Assembly: GCF_036365525.1 (NCBI RefSeq)
Contig: NC_090395.1
Span: 58,417,805-58,481,804, forward strand
Source: Heterodontus francisci
Lineage: Eukaryota
Direction: 5' to 3'
DNA: 64,000 nt
The position numbers and the translations under genes are program-made. This document shows, piece after piece, positions 35,264-48,699 of the stretch. Position 1 is the first letter of the stretch. Each line of letters starts with the position of its first letter. A model generated the notes under the pieces. It saw nothing but the letters and a program-made list of their open reading frames with translations, was not told the DNA's origin and did no database searches.

Positions 35264-38200
35264 TGTGTTAACTCAACAAAGTGAATGCTGGTTATGCTGG
35301 GAAATAAGATCACTTTCCTATTTCAGACCCTTTCAGCCAGCACTCTCAGTTTAAGTGTAAACATCCTTAGATACAGAGTGATGCTCCCTTTACTCTGTTG
35401 CAACAATGTGCCTTATCTCCAAACTCAGCAACACATAACGGACTGCATCTCAGAAGAACAGTGTATTGCTTTCTATTTCTCACATCACCAAGTTAGTATC
35501 AAATTAAAAGCAGTTTTTCACTGTACATACTTATCCAGAAGGGACTGCATTGAGTTGATTTGAATCCTATTTCAAGTGGGCAGCAGTTGAAGAGACTCTC
35601 ATCTCAGTGTGGACTGGAGATGAAAAGCCAGGTTACATTTCTGTGCCAGTTCACCCTTTGCAGTAACATATTTAATGCCTAAAAACATGTTTCTTTGAAA
35701 TACTTTATAGGGCCATACAAGTTTACAACAGAAAAGGAGACCATTGTGTCCTTACCGATAAATCCAAAACTAATCCCACTGTCCTGCTTTCACTTTTTGC
35801 TTTAAAAGGTAAAACTATCTGTCCCTCATTTTATATGGTACAAATTTCCATGCTCTTAACAACCGAGTAAAGAAATTTCTACAAATCTCTCTCACGTTCT
35901 TGGTGATCGTTTTAAATTGATGAACATTCATCACTGACTCCCCAACCAGAGGTGCTGGACTTTCTCTGTTCACCTTTTTAAACCCCTTCATTGTAATGTT
36001 ATAAACCTTTTAGCTTTCTCTGCCACAGTGAAAACAATCACAGTAGTTTGAGTCTTTCCTAGAGTTTCTCATATCTGGAATCAGAATCAGAACAATTTGA
36101 GATGAACAAAAAGATGAGGATTGGGGAAAAACTATTCAGTAAATTATTGAATTGTTAATATTTCTGCTGGTAGCTTAAATGTGCATAGGACTCTTACTGT
36201 GCATTTTGCAAACAGCTGCAGTACTACTGTGAGCCTGCTAGAGGCATCCTGAGCTTGTAGATGTAGAAGTCAAATTTTAAGAGCACCACCAATACATTTT
36301 GTAGCATTGTGCCTTCATGCAAGGTCAGATTTTTGTTGGGAGGGGGAGGAGTGGGTGTTGTGTGCTGGGTGGGAGAGAGGTTGATTGTTTTATATACTCT
36401 GATTTTTTTTAAAAGAAATTTTGGAATAATTTATAGTATTTTTGTCATGCAGTTCCTTGGGATTAGAATTTTCAGTTACGTACAATTTCTTTTATTCCAT
36501 TCATTTTATTCAATCCTATTCAACATAAAAGACAAATGTATTGTAATTTAGTAGCGTAGCTGCTAATTGTTCAGCTAAAAGATAAGTGAAGAAGACTAGT
36601 TTGGCCTCACCCAGTGTTGATGTCCACATGAGGTCCCAAAACCCTTAAGAGATTATACTGGGACATAGTGCCTTTTTCGTTAATAAATGATTCAAAATTC
36701 CAGAAAGGGCACAGAGAAAATAGGAAAATGTCTGTGCTTTTTAATGGTATGGAATTGTAAGATGATGAGTAGGACAACTATTTTATACAGGTCACGTTTA
36801 CATTATAACAGGGATAGTTGGCAAAGGTCTTTTTTGTACTCAATCATGCAGAGATCACATTAAGTTCGGGTTTTTCTAACTGATTTAATCTTTATGTTTT
36901 GCAAGATCTGTTCCTCTATAGTTATCAGTATAAGGCATGCTCTGACTTCAGCCAAAGAGCCAAAATGTGATTTTATATTTGTCAGTCATGAACTCTGTGC
37001 TTCGCAAACAGGAAATGGTCAAATTTTTTTAATGGATCTCCATCACCTAAACTTGATGATTCAATACAACTTTGCAGCTGCATAGTAAAGGTAGATTTTT
37101 GACACGAGCATAATCTGATGACAATATGCTGCTCCTGAAACAAATAGTGACTAAACTCCAATTTAAAAAAAAAATTTAATTGCCTGTTAGAGATTTCTTG
37201 TAATATGTGGAAATTTTTTTTTAAAAAGCCTCCGGTTTTGTCCATTAGAATATCATAATTTCCCTCTGTATATGTTAATTACATTTTCTAACCAATGCAG
37301 CTCAGGCTCATGTAATTCCTATATTCAATGTATAGAACCTCTGTATTAAAGCTGAGTTTATCCTGCTAATAGGCACGATATACACCTGTGAGCATCTTGT
37401 AAATTATGAAAGGATAATGGAGAACAAAAATATAAAAATCATAATGTGTCCTAAATTGCTAACCTAGGTGAGGAATGACTAAGTAAAAGGAGGTAATGTG
37501 AATGTGATCACGAGGCTTTTTTTTTTACAGTAGGGGGAAAAGGGTTAGAATTAGGGTTAGAACTGGTTTCTGAGAAAAATATTTCTTTGAGTAATCAGCA
37601 TAAGCTGTCTTACATTAATCTGAGCAATCTTATTCGAAATTAGACTTGAATAAGCAATCAGTGCCCAATTGGCATTAATTAACATTACAGTCGGACATTC
37701 TTGGAACCTAATATTGATAGGAGCATGTAAAATAATGTATGGTTATGAGTATAGTAAGGCAGTAAGCTCAAACGGTAGCCATATAATTTTCCTGTGAACC
37801 CTTGGGTGATTTCCTGTATGATTTTTCCTAATATTACAGAAGAATTTCCATTTTCACAAAATTGAGCAGTATGTTTAAGCCCAGGACATTACCGAGTGTA
37901 CTGCAGTATTGCAGCAATGGAGTTTGTTTTTAATTTAACTACAGGAACTGGTGTTTGGTGCAAGGATGAGAAAATTAAAAGTGGTTGACTACAAAATTGC
38001 CCAAAGACTAAAATTATTTCCCTGACATTCTGACCTTAATATGGTTTGAAAACTTTTAAAATGTTGTAACAGCAGATTAGGTCAAAAGTGAAGCAAGTGT
38101 ATAGTCAGTACAGAGTATATATCTAATAGGTTTATTCCATTTACAATATTGTGAATTGTAACTTCAATTAAAAATTGCAATTTCATATTCATCAAATATT

Positions 38201-41200
38201 TTAGATGTAATTGTAAATTAACATATTTTAAATGGCTTTTGGTATATAGTTTGTTGAAAGAAGTTCAGATTAACTCATGAATACACGAGAAATGGGGCTT
38301 GAAATTAACTTGGATCTGCCAGACAGAGATCAATGCATTTGACAATGGATTAGCAAATACATTTCAATACTAGTTCGTGCACACTACAGTGTGCCACATA
38401 CTGATTTTTTTTGTGCAGGTCTTTTATAAACCTTCCCAATAAGCCTGAGAGTTTGAAGTACAGTAAGTACTTGTTAGTTTATAGTTGAACAAGGGGTGTG
38501 TTTGTTGTGGACTAGTAACTTCTGTCAGCTATTGATCCCACTGTCCTGTAATTCAAGAGCTTTGATTTTTGTGGATTAATAATGTGCCTTCAGGATGATC
38601 CTTCATGCCTGGCAATTTTAGATATTAAATTTTACCGTAGCTTAAGCAAGATATTAATACAGGTTTCAGAGTAATTAATAATCAAACTTGTTTCTTAAGA
38701 TGGCTAATTGCTGATTTAGGATGACTGGCTTATTAGTATACCCTAAACTGAACAATTCTTTTTAAACAGATTTTCTTTTTTTTTGTGGGGGAGGTGGGAT
38801 TTGATTAATTCAGGTGCTACAGGTTGCAATATTGGCACTTTAGTAGGAAAACAAAGAAAATGCTGGAAACCACCTTTTGGCTAAATCTTGCCAGGTTATA
38901 TACCGTGGATGATAATTTTGTCAACTACTTAATTTTTAACTAAAATGAAAGACATGGTGTGAAAGACCTGGTTCTTAATCTCTGGAATTCTCTTCTGAAA
39001 TCCCTTTATCTCATCAACATTCATCTTTCTGACCAAGCTTTTGGTCACCTTTCTTGGCCCAGCTTTTGTTTCCGTGCATCTTCTCTGAAGTGCCTCAATG
39101 TTTTTATGTCAAAGACACTATGTAAATGGAAGCTGTTGTTATTAGTGGAAAATGAATTTAGTTCAAGGCTCAACCCTAAAAAAGGAAGATTGCAATTTTA
39201 TTGGTTTGCATATACTTGTCTTACAGTAAAATTTACAGCTACCTTGTTAATTCATAGTATATAATACTAGTAATTTAACTGCTGGTTCTTCTAGTCAATG
39301 CTGAAAGCTAACTAAACTATTTACCGGCATATGAGCTTGTATCCGGTTCTATTTAAATTTTATATAATTTATAATTACTTGATTCTATGAGAAGACTACT
39401 TATAGCAGCTGTTTACAGAAACAAAGTTCAGGGTGTAATAAGTATTTTACTATATTTAATGGCTAGCAAACATCGTAAAACTCAATTTTCAGGATAAACA
39501 TCATTCAAAACAGAGATATGAACTGTACATGGGTCTGTCCATGAGCAGAATTCAGGAGTATCGGCAAGGAGCTTCAAAATATTACTCTGTAAGGCTTCTA
39601 TAAATTGACCAGAGCTTGAAGTTCCAACAGTTCTCAACATGTTATTGCATGAATACCAGTACAGGTGTCGCAAGGAATATCTTTATCAACTGAAGTGATT
39701 ATAATTGTCATTCATTACAAATTCTAATTCATTTATGTGATACAAGTTGTCAAAATTTTAATTTGAGAGCTCCATCAGAAGCCCCCCCCCCCCCAAAAAA
39801 AAAAATTGCTGTTTTAATTAAATGTTTACAGATCGAACCAGAAATGTCCTCTGCAATAATTTGGAATTGATGAACGATGCCTTGTGTTCCTGTAATTCCG
39901 TTTCATTTACCAAAATTTAAATGTTAAATTCAGTACTTAAGTTAATCCCCCTCACATACTAAGATGCATTGGTCATTTTATATTGCTATAGTTACAGGTG
40001 CAATGGGATGTACACATCTTAAAGTTCACTGCTTTTCTAGTTAGCTGTAACCTCCATAAATCTAGAATTAAAACTATCTTGTTTTCTAAATCATGAACTC
40101 TACTAAAACCTGATTTGTTCTACTGACCCAAGAATATCTAATATACAAGATTCAGATTACAACCTTTATATCCATAGTCAACATTAATATTGTTGCACTT
40201 ATTGCTGAGCTAGGGCTTTTTTGGGGGGGGTCAATGATGACTCTGCAACCTCAAAAACAAAAATCAAGTCCTACAATTTTGAATCCAAAATATTAATTCA
40301 GGCATAGTCTTTCAGGACAGCTCGTATTTGATTAAAAGTATAGTGCTAGCTGCTGCTTGATTTTCTTAAATATAAGAAAAAGAACTTGTAAATTCAAGTG
40401 GGTTCCTGCATTTTTATCACTAGTCTAGGATTACTTGCAAGAAAATTCACCCAGCCTTGCAATCTTCTCTAGTCAAATAATGTAGATGTTCGAAGTAAAA
40501 AGAAAAGGATAGGGACAGATGGGTATAGGTGGAGCATGGATAAAAATGCAACGCTTGCAACTTGTGAAGTTTATATAATGCTAATGATTTATGAAAGATG
40601 CATAACTTGTATGTTTGCACTTCATTATGGTGTTCTGTATATCCAGTTTTGAAACTAATGTTAGGCACTGCATTTATATTTGAAGCCATAGTTGTCTCTT
40701 TAATACTCATCTGTGTGCACTAAAATGAATCAAGTAACTTATAAACATTACCTTTCTAAAAGATCTGCGCATGCATTTCTCAGATTCAGGAGAAATGTGC
40801 TAACATGCAGGTATCAGATTGGTGCTTCTCAGGACCTCTCACAGCAATCTGTTGGTTGTTGAGCTTAATTGTCTTTTGGTATATGTGTTTGTATATAATA
40901 TATATATTTTGTTCAATGTCTAATGATAAACATGTTATTTATGCAATGTGACTTAGTGAAAATGGGAGATATGGTTTTAATTGTGAGTCTTAAATAGCAG
41001 TGTAATTTTGCCTAAAGTAGACCTCTGATATTGGAGTACGACTTTTCAGCATTATCTGTATAAGCTGTTTACAATTGACTGCTGCTACAACTACTTGAGT
41101 ACAGTGTTTATGCCATTGGTTGAAAAAAAAATCCATGAATTTTATTGTATCCACCTTGGCTCACTTGCTGAATTTAAGGTCATCTGTAACTTATACTTTT

Positions 41201-41207
41201 TTTCAAA

Positions 41208-41213
41208 AATAAA
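41208..41213 (+). terminator. Candidate distal polyadenylation signal of YOD1
   Basis: AATAAA followed by a T/GT-rich tract, at the end of a TE-poor AT-rich stretch and just before TE density rises. Confidence 0.3.
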
Positions 41214-41531
41214 TTGCTAACAATGTCATGTGAGCTGATTCTATTTTGTATTTGCATATTTCCTTAACCCCGACAGTGGAATTTTGCTTTTTTTACTTTC
41301 CATCAGAGTTTTCTCTGATCGAAGATTTTCTGCTATGAAAGGTTATGTGACCAGGAAAAGGCCATAACAAGCAGTAAGCCTGACTTTTATTTCTCAGCCG
41401 CCTTATCTTTTCTTTCCGGAGTTTAAAATGAACCTTATCCGCATGACAGTACCATTTTCTGTTGTGGACACACAATTATGTATTTGGATTGATATTTTGT
41501 AATCCTTGTCACTTATATTAGCATTAATTAT

Positions 41532-42524
41532 TGTTACAACCAAGGTGGGAGGAGTGCACTGTCTTTTCGAGTTCCACTTCTCCACAGGTCACAACATTTT
41601 AAAAAATGTTTGCCTAGTTACCAATGCAGTCAATCATATATTCTACTCTTTTTATCCCAGAATAAAATACACCAACCAGGTTTCTTTAATAAACAACAAA
41701 ATTATCAGTTTATTATAAAACAAGACCAGCAGTAATGAAGCAAAGCATTAATGCACAGATTGAAATATGAAAGTTCCCCTTTTTTAAATTCCTCTCACAC
41801 ACTGAAAAAATACAAAAATTCTCTCTGCAGCGGTCATGTTACAAAAAAAGACAAAAAAGAATACTTTGGCCAAATACTTGCTAATTCTTGAAAAAAGAGA
41901 AGATATGGAAAAATGTCAGTCGTCCTTTTTTGGTTTGGCATCCCAAATATGCATAGACGGCTGTCACTGGGATCTTTCTAGAACAGTTCTTTTCAGGCAA
42001 TTGTTGATCAGTTTGGCAGGCTTTTCTGGGAGAAATGTGGCATCGGTGGTTTCTCTCAGGCTTTTCAGGAGAAATGCTGCATCAGTTTCTCTATTTCTTA
42101 CACTTGATTCTCAGGAAGTTCTCGAAGATGGAAGTGGGTGAGCTAATGGTGGCTGCTCTCAGGGCTGATTTTCTCCAACTATCTTCAAAACCATACACAC
42201 CCCACACACTGTCCAAAGCGAAACCAAAAACAATATCCCAAGAATCAAGCCTCCTGACCCCTATAAATCTTGACCTATCGATTCTCTATGAACATCTTCC
42301 CTTGGTCATCAAGGTGTCCGTCGTTTATTGTTTAAAGCACATTACTTCTTCCAGCAAGACTGTTTTTAAACAACATTTCCGTGTCCTTTCAATGAACTGT
42401 CAACAACAAAGCAAAGTCCAGCCTCTGAAATCTTAAACCTTCCAGTGAATCCCTCTTCACAATTTAAATACAAGTCCTCAAAAACATATACTTAACAAAA
42501 AAATATAGAAGCACTTTTGTAACA
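41532..42524 (-). mobile_element. Solo LTR (Gypsy/ERV-type)
   Basis: TGTTA...TAACA termini; near-TSD TTAT/CTAT; homologous in inverted orientation to 45354-46412. Confidence 0.8.
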
Positions 42525-43039
42525 CTATTAATAAAGGGAAAAGTATTTCTTCTGACCTGAATTAACTCTTTGCCCTGTTACCCGCTCCCCTCCCCTGCCC
42601 AACCAGCCCCTGTAAGCAGAATTGTTGAGCAGATAGAAAATTTGAAAATACTAAAATAAATCCTTTCTATATTAATACAAAGGTGCATGGTTTCAATAAT
42701 ACCTGAAATAGTTTTTGCAAATTGTTGAGCAATCCAGATGATCTTTCCCTCTTTGCATTAGGTTGTGGCAATAGTGTTTGTCCTCTGTTATATCGGTGCT
42801 GGGCAATGTTTGCTAGGAACTAGGCTGAGATTGCCAAATTAATTTCATTCATGACCCATCACCAAGACTTTAATTCCATTAGTTAATAGCATTAAACCCA
42901 AGTACCAGCTGTGAAAAAATCTTACTTTGAGTCGACTTTTCCAATACCTTCCTCATCAGCCTCGGTTACCTGCATCATGTCTTGCACTAAGCCCAAAGTA
43001 TTAATTGACAGTCTATCCCCAATGCGCTAAATGTCAAAT

Positions 43040-44452
43040 AGGAACATAGAACTTAGCAGGACTAGGCCAGTCAGCCCTTTGAGCTTGCTTCGCCATTTGA
43101 TAAGATCATAGCTGATCTGGTTATGATCTCAACTCTACTTTCCTGTCTGCCCCCCATAACCCTTGACTCCCTTGTCTATCAAAAGTCTATCTAATTCAGC
43201 CTTGAATAAATTCAATGACCCAGCCTCCACTGCTTTCTGGGGAAGAGAATCTCACTGACTAATGCCCCTTTGAGAAAAAACATTCTCCTCATTTCTGTCT
43301 TAAAAGGGAAACCTCATTATTAAACTGTGTCCCCTAGTTCTAGTCTCCCCCCACAAGAGGAAACATCCTGGTATCCATTCTATCAAGACCCCTCAGGATC
43401 TTGCGTTTCAATAAGATCACCTCTCATTCTTCTAAACTCAAATGTGTATAGGTCCAACCTGTTCAACCCTCCTTCATAAGATAAGCCCTTCATCCTCAGA
43501 ATTTGTTGTGAACCTTCTCTGAACTGCTGCTAACACAATTATATCCTTTTTCAAATAAGGAGACCAAAACTGTACACAGTTCTCCAGATTTGGTCTTACC
43601 AAGGTCCTGTACAGCTGCAGTAAAACTTCCCTATTTTTATACTCTATTCCCCTTGCAATAAATGCCAGTATTCCATCTGTCTTCCTAATCATTTGCTGTA
43701 CCTGCATACTAACCTTTTGTGATTCATGTACCAGGACAACCAGATCCCTTTGTACCATAGAGTTCTGCAGTCCCTCTCCATTTAAATAGTATACTGCTTT
43801 TCTATTCTTCCTGCCACATTGTACTCCATCTGCCAAATTTTTGCCCACTCACTCAATCTATCGAAATCCTTTTCTAGGCTCTTTACCACCTCTTGACAAC
43901 TTGCTTTCCTTCCTATCTTGGTTTCTTCGGCAAATTTAGCTACCATACATTCAGTCCCTTCATCCAATTCATTGGTATAAATTGTAAATAGTTGAGGCCC
44001 CAGCACTGATCCTTGTGACACTCCACTTGTTACAGCTTGCCAACCCGAAAAAGACCCTTTTATCCCTGCTCTCTGCTTCCTGTTGGCCTATTAGCTAACC
44101 AGTCCTTTATCCATCTAATATGTTACCTCCTACACCATGTGCTCTTGCATAGTAACCTTTGTGGCACCTTATCAAATGCTTTATGGAAATCTAAGTACAC
44201 CACACCTACAGGTTTTCCTTTATCCATCTTGCATTCTGTCCTCGAAGAACTTTAATAAATTATTTAAACACTATTTCCCTTTCACAAAACCATGTTGACT
44301 CTGCCTGATCCCATTATGATTTTCTAAGTATCCTACTATAATCTACTTAATAATGGATTCTAATAAATTCCCTATGACAGATAGGTTAATTGGCCTATAG
44401 TTTCCAGCTTTCTGTCTCTTTCCTTTCTTGAATAAAGATGTGATATTTGCTG
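43040..44452 (-). mobile_element. CR1 LINE 3' ~1.4 kb (RT), decayed
   Basis: ORFs 43474-43848 and 43782-44021 (SQGSVLGPQLFTIY...KFAEETK; LYRTLVRPNLENCVQFWSP). Confidence 0.9.
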
Positions 44453-44842
44453 TGCCCTTGTTTACAATTCCCTCTTTGGCCTTGCTTTCTTTTCTGGGAC
44501 TGAGTTAGATTCTTGATATAGACAAGTGAGTCAAGTGTGAGACAGACAGGAAAGTGGAGTTGTGGCCACATTCAGATCAGCCATGATCTTATCAAATGGC
44601 GGAGCAAGCTTGAGGGGCCGAATGGCCTACTCTTAATTCATACGTACGTATGTTCCAACCTATGTCCTTTCATGCACTGAGTCTGGCCTCCTCTACGGTC
44701 CTATTATTCATTGCACACATTTAATTCACTTTCTTCCTCTCCTCTGGGACATCCTCAATAAAGCAGTTCTTGCCACTCTTCTCTGTGCATCTAATAGCAT
44801 CTGCCATGCCATTAGTCTGCCTATTTCTACTAGCATTGGATT

Positions 44843-45305
44843 TCATAGAATCATTTATGGCACAGAAGGAGGCCATTCGGCCCAATGAGTCCATGCCAGC
44901 TGTCTGCAGAACAATCCAGTCAGTCCCATTTCCCTACTCAATCCCTGTAGCCCTGCAAATTTATTTCCTTCAAGTGCCCATCCAATTTCCTTTTGAAATC
45001 ATTGATTGTCTCTGCTTCCACCACCCTCGTGGGCAGTGAATTCCAGATCATTACCACTCACTGCATTTAAGAAAAAAACAGTTCTTCCTCCCATTCCCCC
45101 ACATCTCTTGCCCAAAACCTTCAATCTGTGTCCTCTAGTCCTTGTACCATCAGTTAATGGGAACACTTTTTCCTTGACTAATTTTTATAAGCCTGTAATA
45201 ATCTTGTACACCTCTATTAAATCTCTCCTCAATATCCTTTGCTCCAGGGAGAACAACCCCAGTTTTTCCAACCTAACCTTGTAACTAAAATCCCCCATCC
45301 CTTCA
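44843..45305 (-). mobile_element. CR1 3' fragment
   Basis: catagaatcatttatggcacagaaggaggccattcggccc...; same family as 59850-60340. Confidence 0.85.
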
Positions 45306-45353
45306 ACGTGAAGCAGCTTAGTATTTTCTTTAATTGCCAAATAAACAGTACAT

Positions 45354-46117
45354 TGTTATGAGAGTGCTTCTATTTTTTGTAAAATATGTTTTAAAGACTT
45401 ATAGTTGAATTATGGACATTGATTCAATTGGAAGCTTGAGATGCTGAACTGTGGTTTTTTTTTTAAGAAGAGGTCACCAGAAGGATTCCTGGACATGGCT
45501 TGTAAACAAGCCCTTACTGGAAGGCATCTGTTTTCAGATAAAATACCAACAGGGAGCTTGTTGTTTTGACTTGGAGAAGATGTTTACAGAGAAGTAACAG
45601 GTCAAGATTGATCGGGGTCAGGAGGCTTAATTCTTGTGACAGTGTTTTGGTTTTGCTTTGGACAGTGGGTTAGAGTGTGAACTGTTTGGAAGACAGTTGT
45701 TGTTTTTTGTCTGCCAAAGAACCCAGCTCATCTCTTTCTCTCTTGGAAAGAAACCCTGCATATCCAGTGCGTCACTCTCCTCTTTCCTCCTGTATTTGAA
45801 GAAACCCTGTCTGTTGAATGTGTAGAAACTGAAACCACTGATGCCGCATATCTGCTCTACGGCCTATCTGAAGCCTCTGTAGCTGCATTTCTTGGAAAGC
45901 CGTCCAAACTGATCTTCAACATTACCTGGAAAGAACTGTCTGGGAAGATCCCAGTGACAGCTATCTATACGCATTTGGGATGCCAAACCAAAACAAAGGA
46001 TATCTTTCCATATCTTTTTTTCCTTTAAGAATGAGCAAGTATTCAGCCTAAGTGTTTTTTTTTTTTGCAACAGGGCTCTAAAGCAAAATTCCCTTTTATT
46101 TTTCCGGTTAACCTATG

Positions 46118-46150
<33 letters not shown>

Positions 46151-46412
46151 TGAGTGTGAGGGGCTAAGATAAAAAGGGAACTTTTATACTTCAATCTGTG
46201 TGTTTATACCTTACTTCATTCCTGGTTAAGACTTGTCTTACAATAAACTAATAATTTTTTTGTTAAAAAAACTGGTTGGTGTGTTTTATGCTGGGATAAA
46301 AATAGAGTGTGATTGACTATCGGTAAGCGGGAAGAAATTTAAATATGTGTTGTGATCCATGGAGAACTGGAACTAGAATAAACAGTGCACTCCTCCTGCC
46401 TCGGTCGTAACA
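45354..46412 (+). mobile_element. Solo LTR (Gypsy/ERV-type) with perfect 4-bp TSD
   Basis: TGTTA...TAACA termini; TSD ACAT at 45350-45353 and 46413-46416; AATAAA near the 3' end; internal (TG)n. Confidence 0.85.
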
Positions 46413-47673
46413 ACATAAATGCAAGTTTTTTGTTATCTACTGCTGTACCTTGTCCTCTTTGATTTTCACCACAAGTCACATTGATAGTATCACAGACATC
46501 ATATGCCACGCCCCCATAAGATTGAGAATTAATAAACATGGAAACTCTGAAGGGGTGGGGAGTGTAATAAGGAATTTTTAACTTTATAAACCAGACCAGG
46601 TAATGTTGTAAGATCTATTCCTGGTGGTGAGTGCATTGAGCTTGAAGGACAAAACCTTTATAGTTATATAATAAATCCATAATTGGAACTCTCAGAAACC
46701 TACAGCCCAGTTAAATTTTTTCCACCTTATGTTTGTGCAAACAATGAAAGAAAGTTTCAAACAGGTGACGCAGGTGTGATGGTTTGAATGGTCTCCTGTG
46801 CTGTAAGATTCTATGACTAACAGGGTGGAGGGCAGGAACCAATTTGATTCTGACATTCTCCAGTCCTACCTTACAAATGATTTTATTGTTTGATGGTGAT
46901 ATCCTCCAATCTCACAGAGAAAGCTTAATCTCAAAACCATAGGTTGTGAAACTAATTCTCGACTTATAAAGTTCGTGGGCACTCTAATGCAATTTCTGGC
47001 TGCCATCAACTCTCACTGCAATATGGGACAAGACAAAAAGGAAGTTGTGAAATGCTATAAATGACCAATCTTATTTAAAAGAAAATTCTGGTGGCAAAAA
47101 GACATTACCTAATTTTCTGATAGAACATTTATTTCTTCCTCATACAGCTTTCTAATTAAAAAATTAGATGTACAGATGTGGGAAAAGAAATCTTTCAAAG
47201 TTGCTGGCATTATTAAACCGCTCTCATTTTTGAGGACCATGACACTTTTTTTTCAGTGTACCTTTCTATCACCTATATGCTCTGCTCTTTTGCCACCTCT
47301 TACCTGTGTTTTGCTTTTCAACCCAGAATAGGGACATACTAGACATTATAAATGTTCTTCAAGTCCCAGCTTATCTGAGCAAGATCAGTTAGGAAGGGGG
47401 AGAGGATTACAGCTAAACCAGAATTTCATATGTCTGAAAGTAACTTTTTGCAACAGCTAATATATTTGGTACAAGTTCACAGAATCACAAAATTACTACA
47501 GTGCAGAATGAGGCCATTCAGTCCTTCGTGTCCACACCAGCTCTCCAAAAGAGCAATTCACTTAGTGTAATTCTGCCACCTTCTCCCTGTAGCCCTGCAC
47601 ATCCTCCCTTTTCATATAACAGTCTGATTCCCTTTTGGTTTATAGAAATAAAGAATTTAGTTTTACTAAACAT

Positions 47674-47770
47674 TAACAGGTTTATTAGATATTACACAAA
47701 ATCTAACAGGTTTATTAGATATTACACAAAGTCTAACAGGTTTATTAGATATTACACAAAGTCTAACAGG
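47674..47770. repeat. 30-bp tandem repeat, ~3.2 copies
   Basis: Unit taacaggtttattagatattacacaaa(a/g)tc. Confidence 0.95.
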
Positions 47771-48139
47771 TCAGGGAGTGACAGTGAGAACACGAGATAA
47801 GAACTGTGGAGCTAATGTTTATTCATTATTTATAATTGAGAAACACCATAACTCAGCATGACTTCACGCCAAACAGTAATCTGAAAAACCTTGCAAACTT
47901 TGAAGAGTTAGAGAGAATACAGAACTGTCTGTAAATTGGACTAAATGCATATTTAATCTGCAGAATTAGTGACCCAAGCTATAAAACTGGATTGGATCCC
48001 TTTGATTTGATAGGACGTCAGTGCTATGAATTCAATTGGATTCATGCTTATGTATTTTGTTTGCTATATAGGTGCTTGCTCAATAAAATTCCTATCATTC
48101 GGTGCTTTTTGAGGCTTGGGCTTTATAATTCTGCAATTT

Positions 48140-48485
48140 CTGAGAGATGATCTTATTGAAGCATATAACATTGAATGGGCTTGACTGGGTAGATGCTAAG
48201 AGGATGTTTCCCCTTGTGAGAGAATCTAGAACAAGGAGGCATACTTCCAGAAAGATTTCAGATGGAAATGAGGAGGTATTTCCTCTCTCAGGGTTGTGAA
48301 TGCTTGGAATTCTGTACCCCAGAGAACTGAGGAGGCTGAGTCATTGAATACATTCATGGCTGTGATACAGAGTTTGAATTATAGAGGAGTCGAGGGTTAT
48401 AGGGAACAGGCAGGAAAATGGATTTGAAGCCACATGCAGATCAGCCATGATCTTATTGAATGGTGGAACAGGTTCGATGGGCTTT
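48140..48485 (+). mobile_element. CR1 3' fragment
   Basis: gatcttattgaagcatataa...gatgtttcccct...gatcagccatgatcttattgaatggtggaacagg. Confidence 0.75.
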
Positions 48486-48699
48486 ATGCCATACTCACAT
48501 GATCATTACAGCACAGAAGGAGACCATTCACCCCATCTTGTCTGCACCAGCTCTTCAAATGAGCAATTCACCTAGTGCCATTCTCCTGCCTTCTCCCCAT
48601 AACCCTCCATATTCTTCCTTTTCAGATAATAGACTAATTCTCTTTTGAATGCCTCAGTTGAACCTGCCTCCACCACAATCTCAGGCAGTGTGTTCTAGA

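Noticed and set aside
37541-37562. Interstitial telomeric repeat (agggttagaattagggttag)
   Set aside because: Only about three imperfect units; compatible with chance.
41532-46412. Single DIRS-like or composite element bounded by inverted repeats
   Set aside because: Each repeat has its own TSD, and the interior is unrelated CR1 fragments with no recombinase or transposase.
47674-47770. CRISPR-like array
   Set aside because: Head-to-tail repeats with no spacers, in vertebrate DNA.
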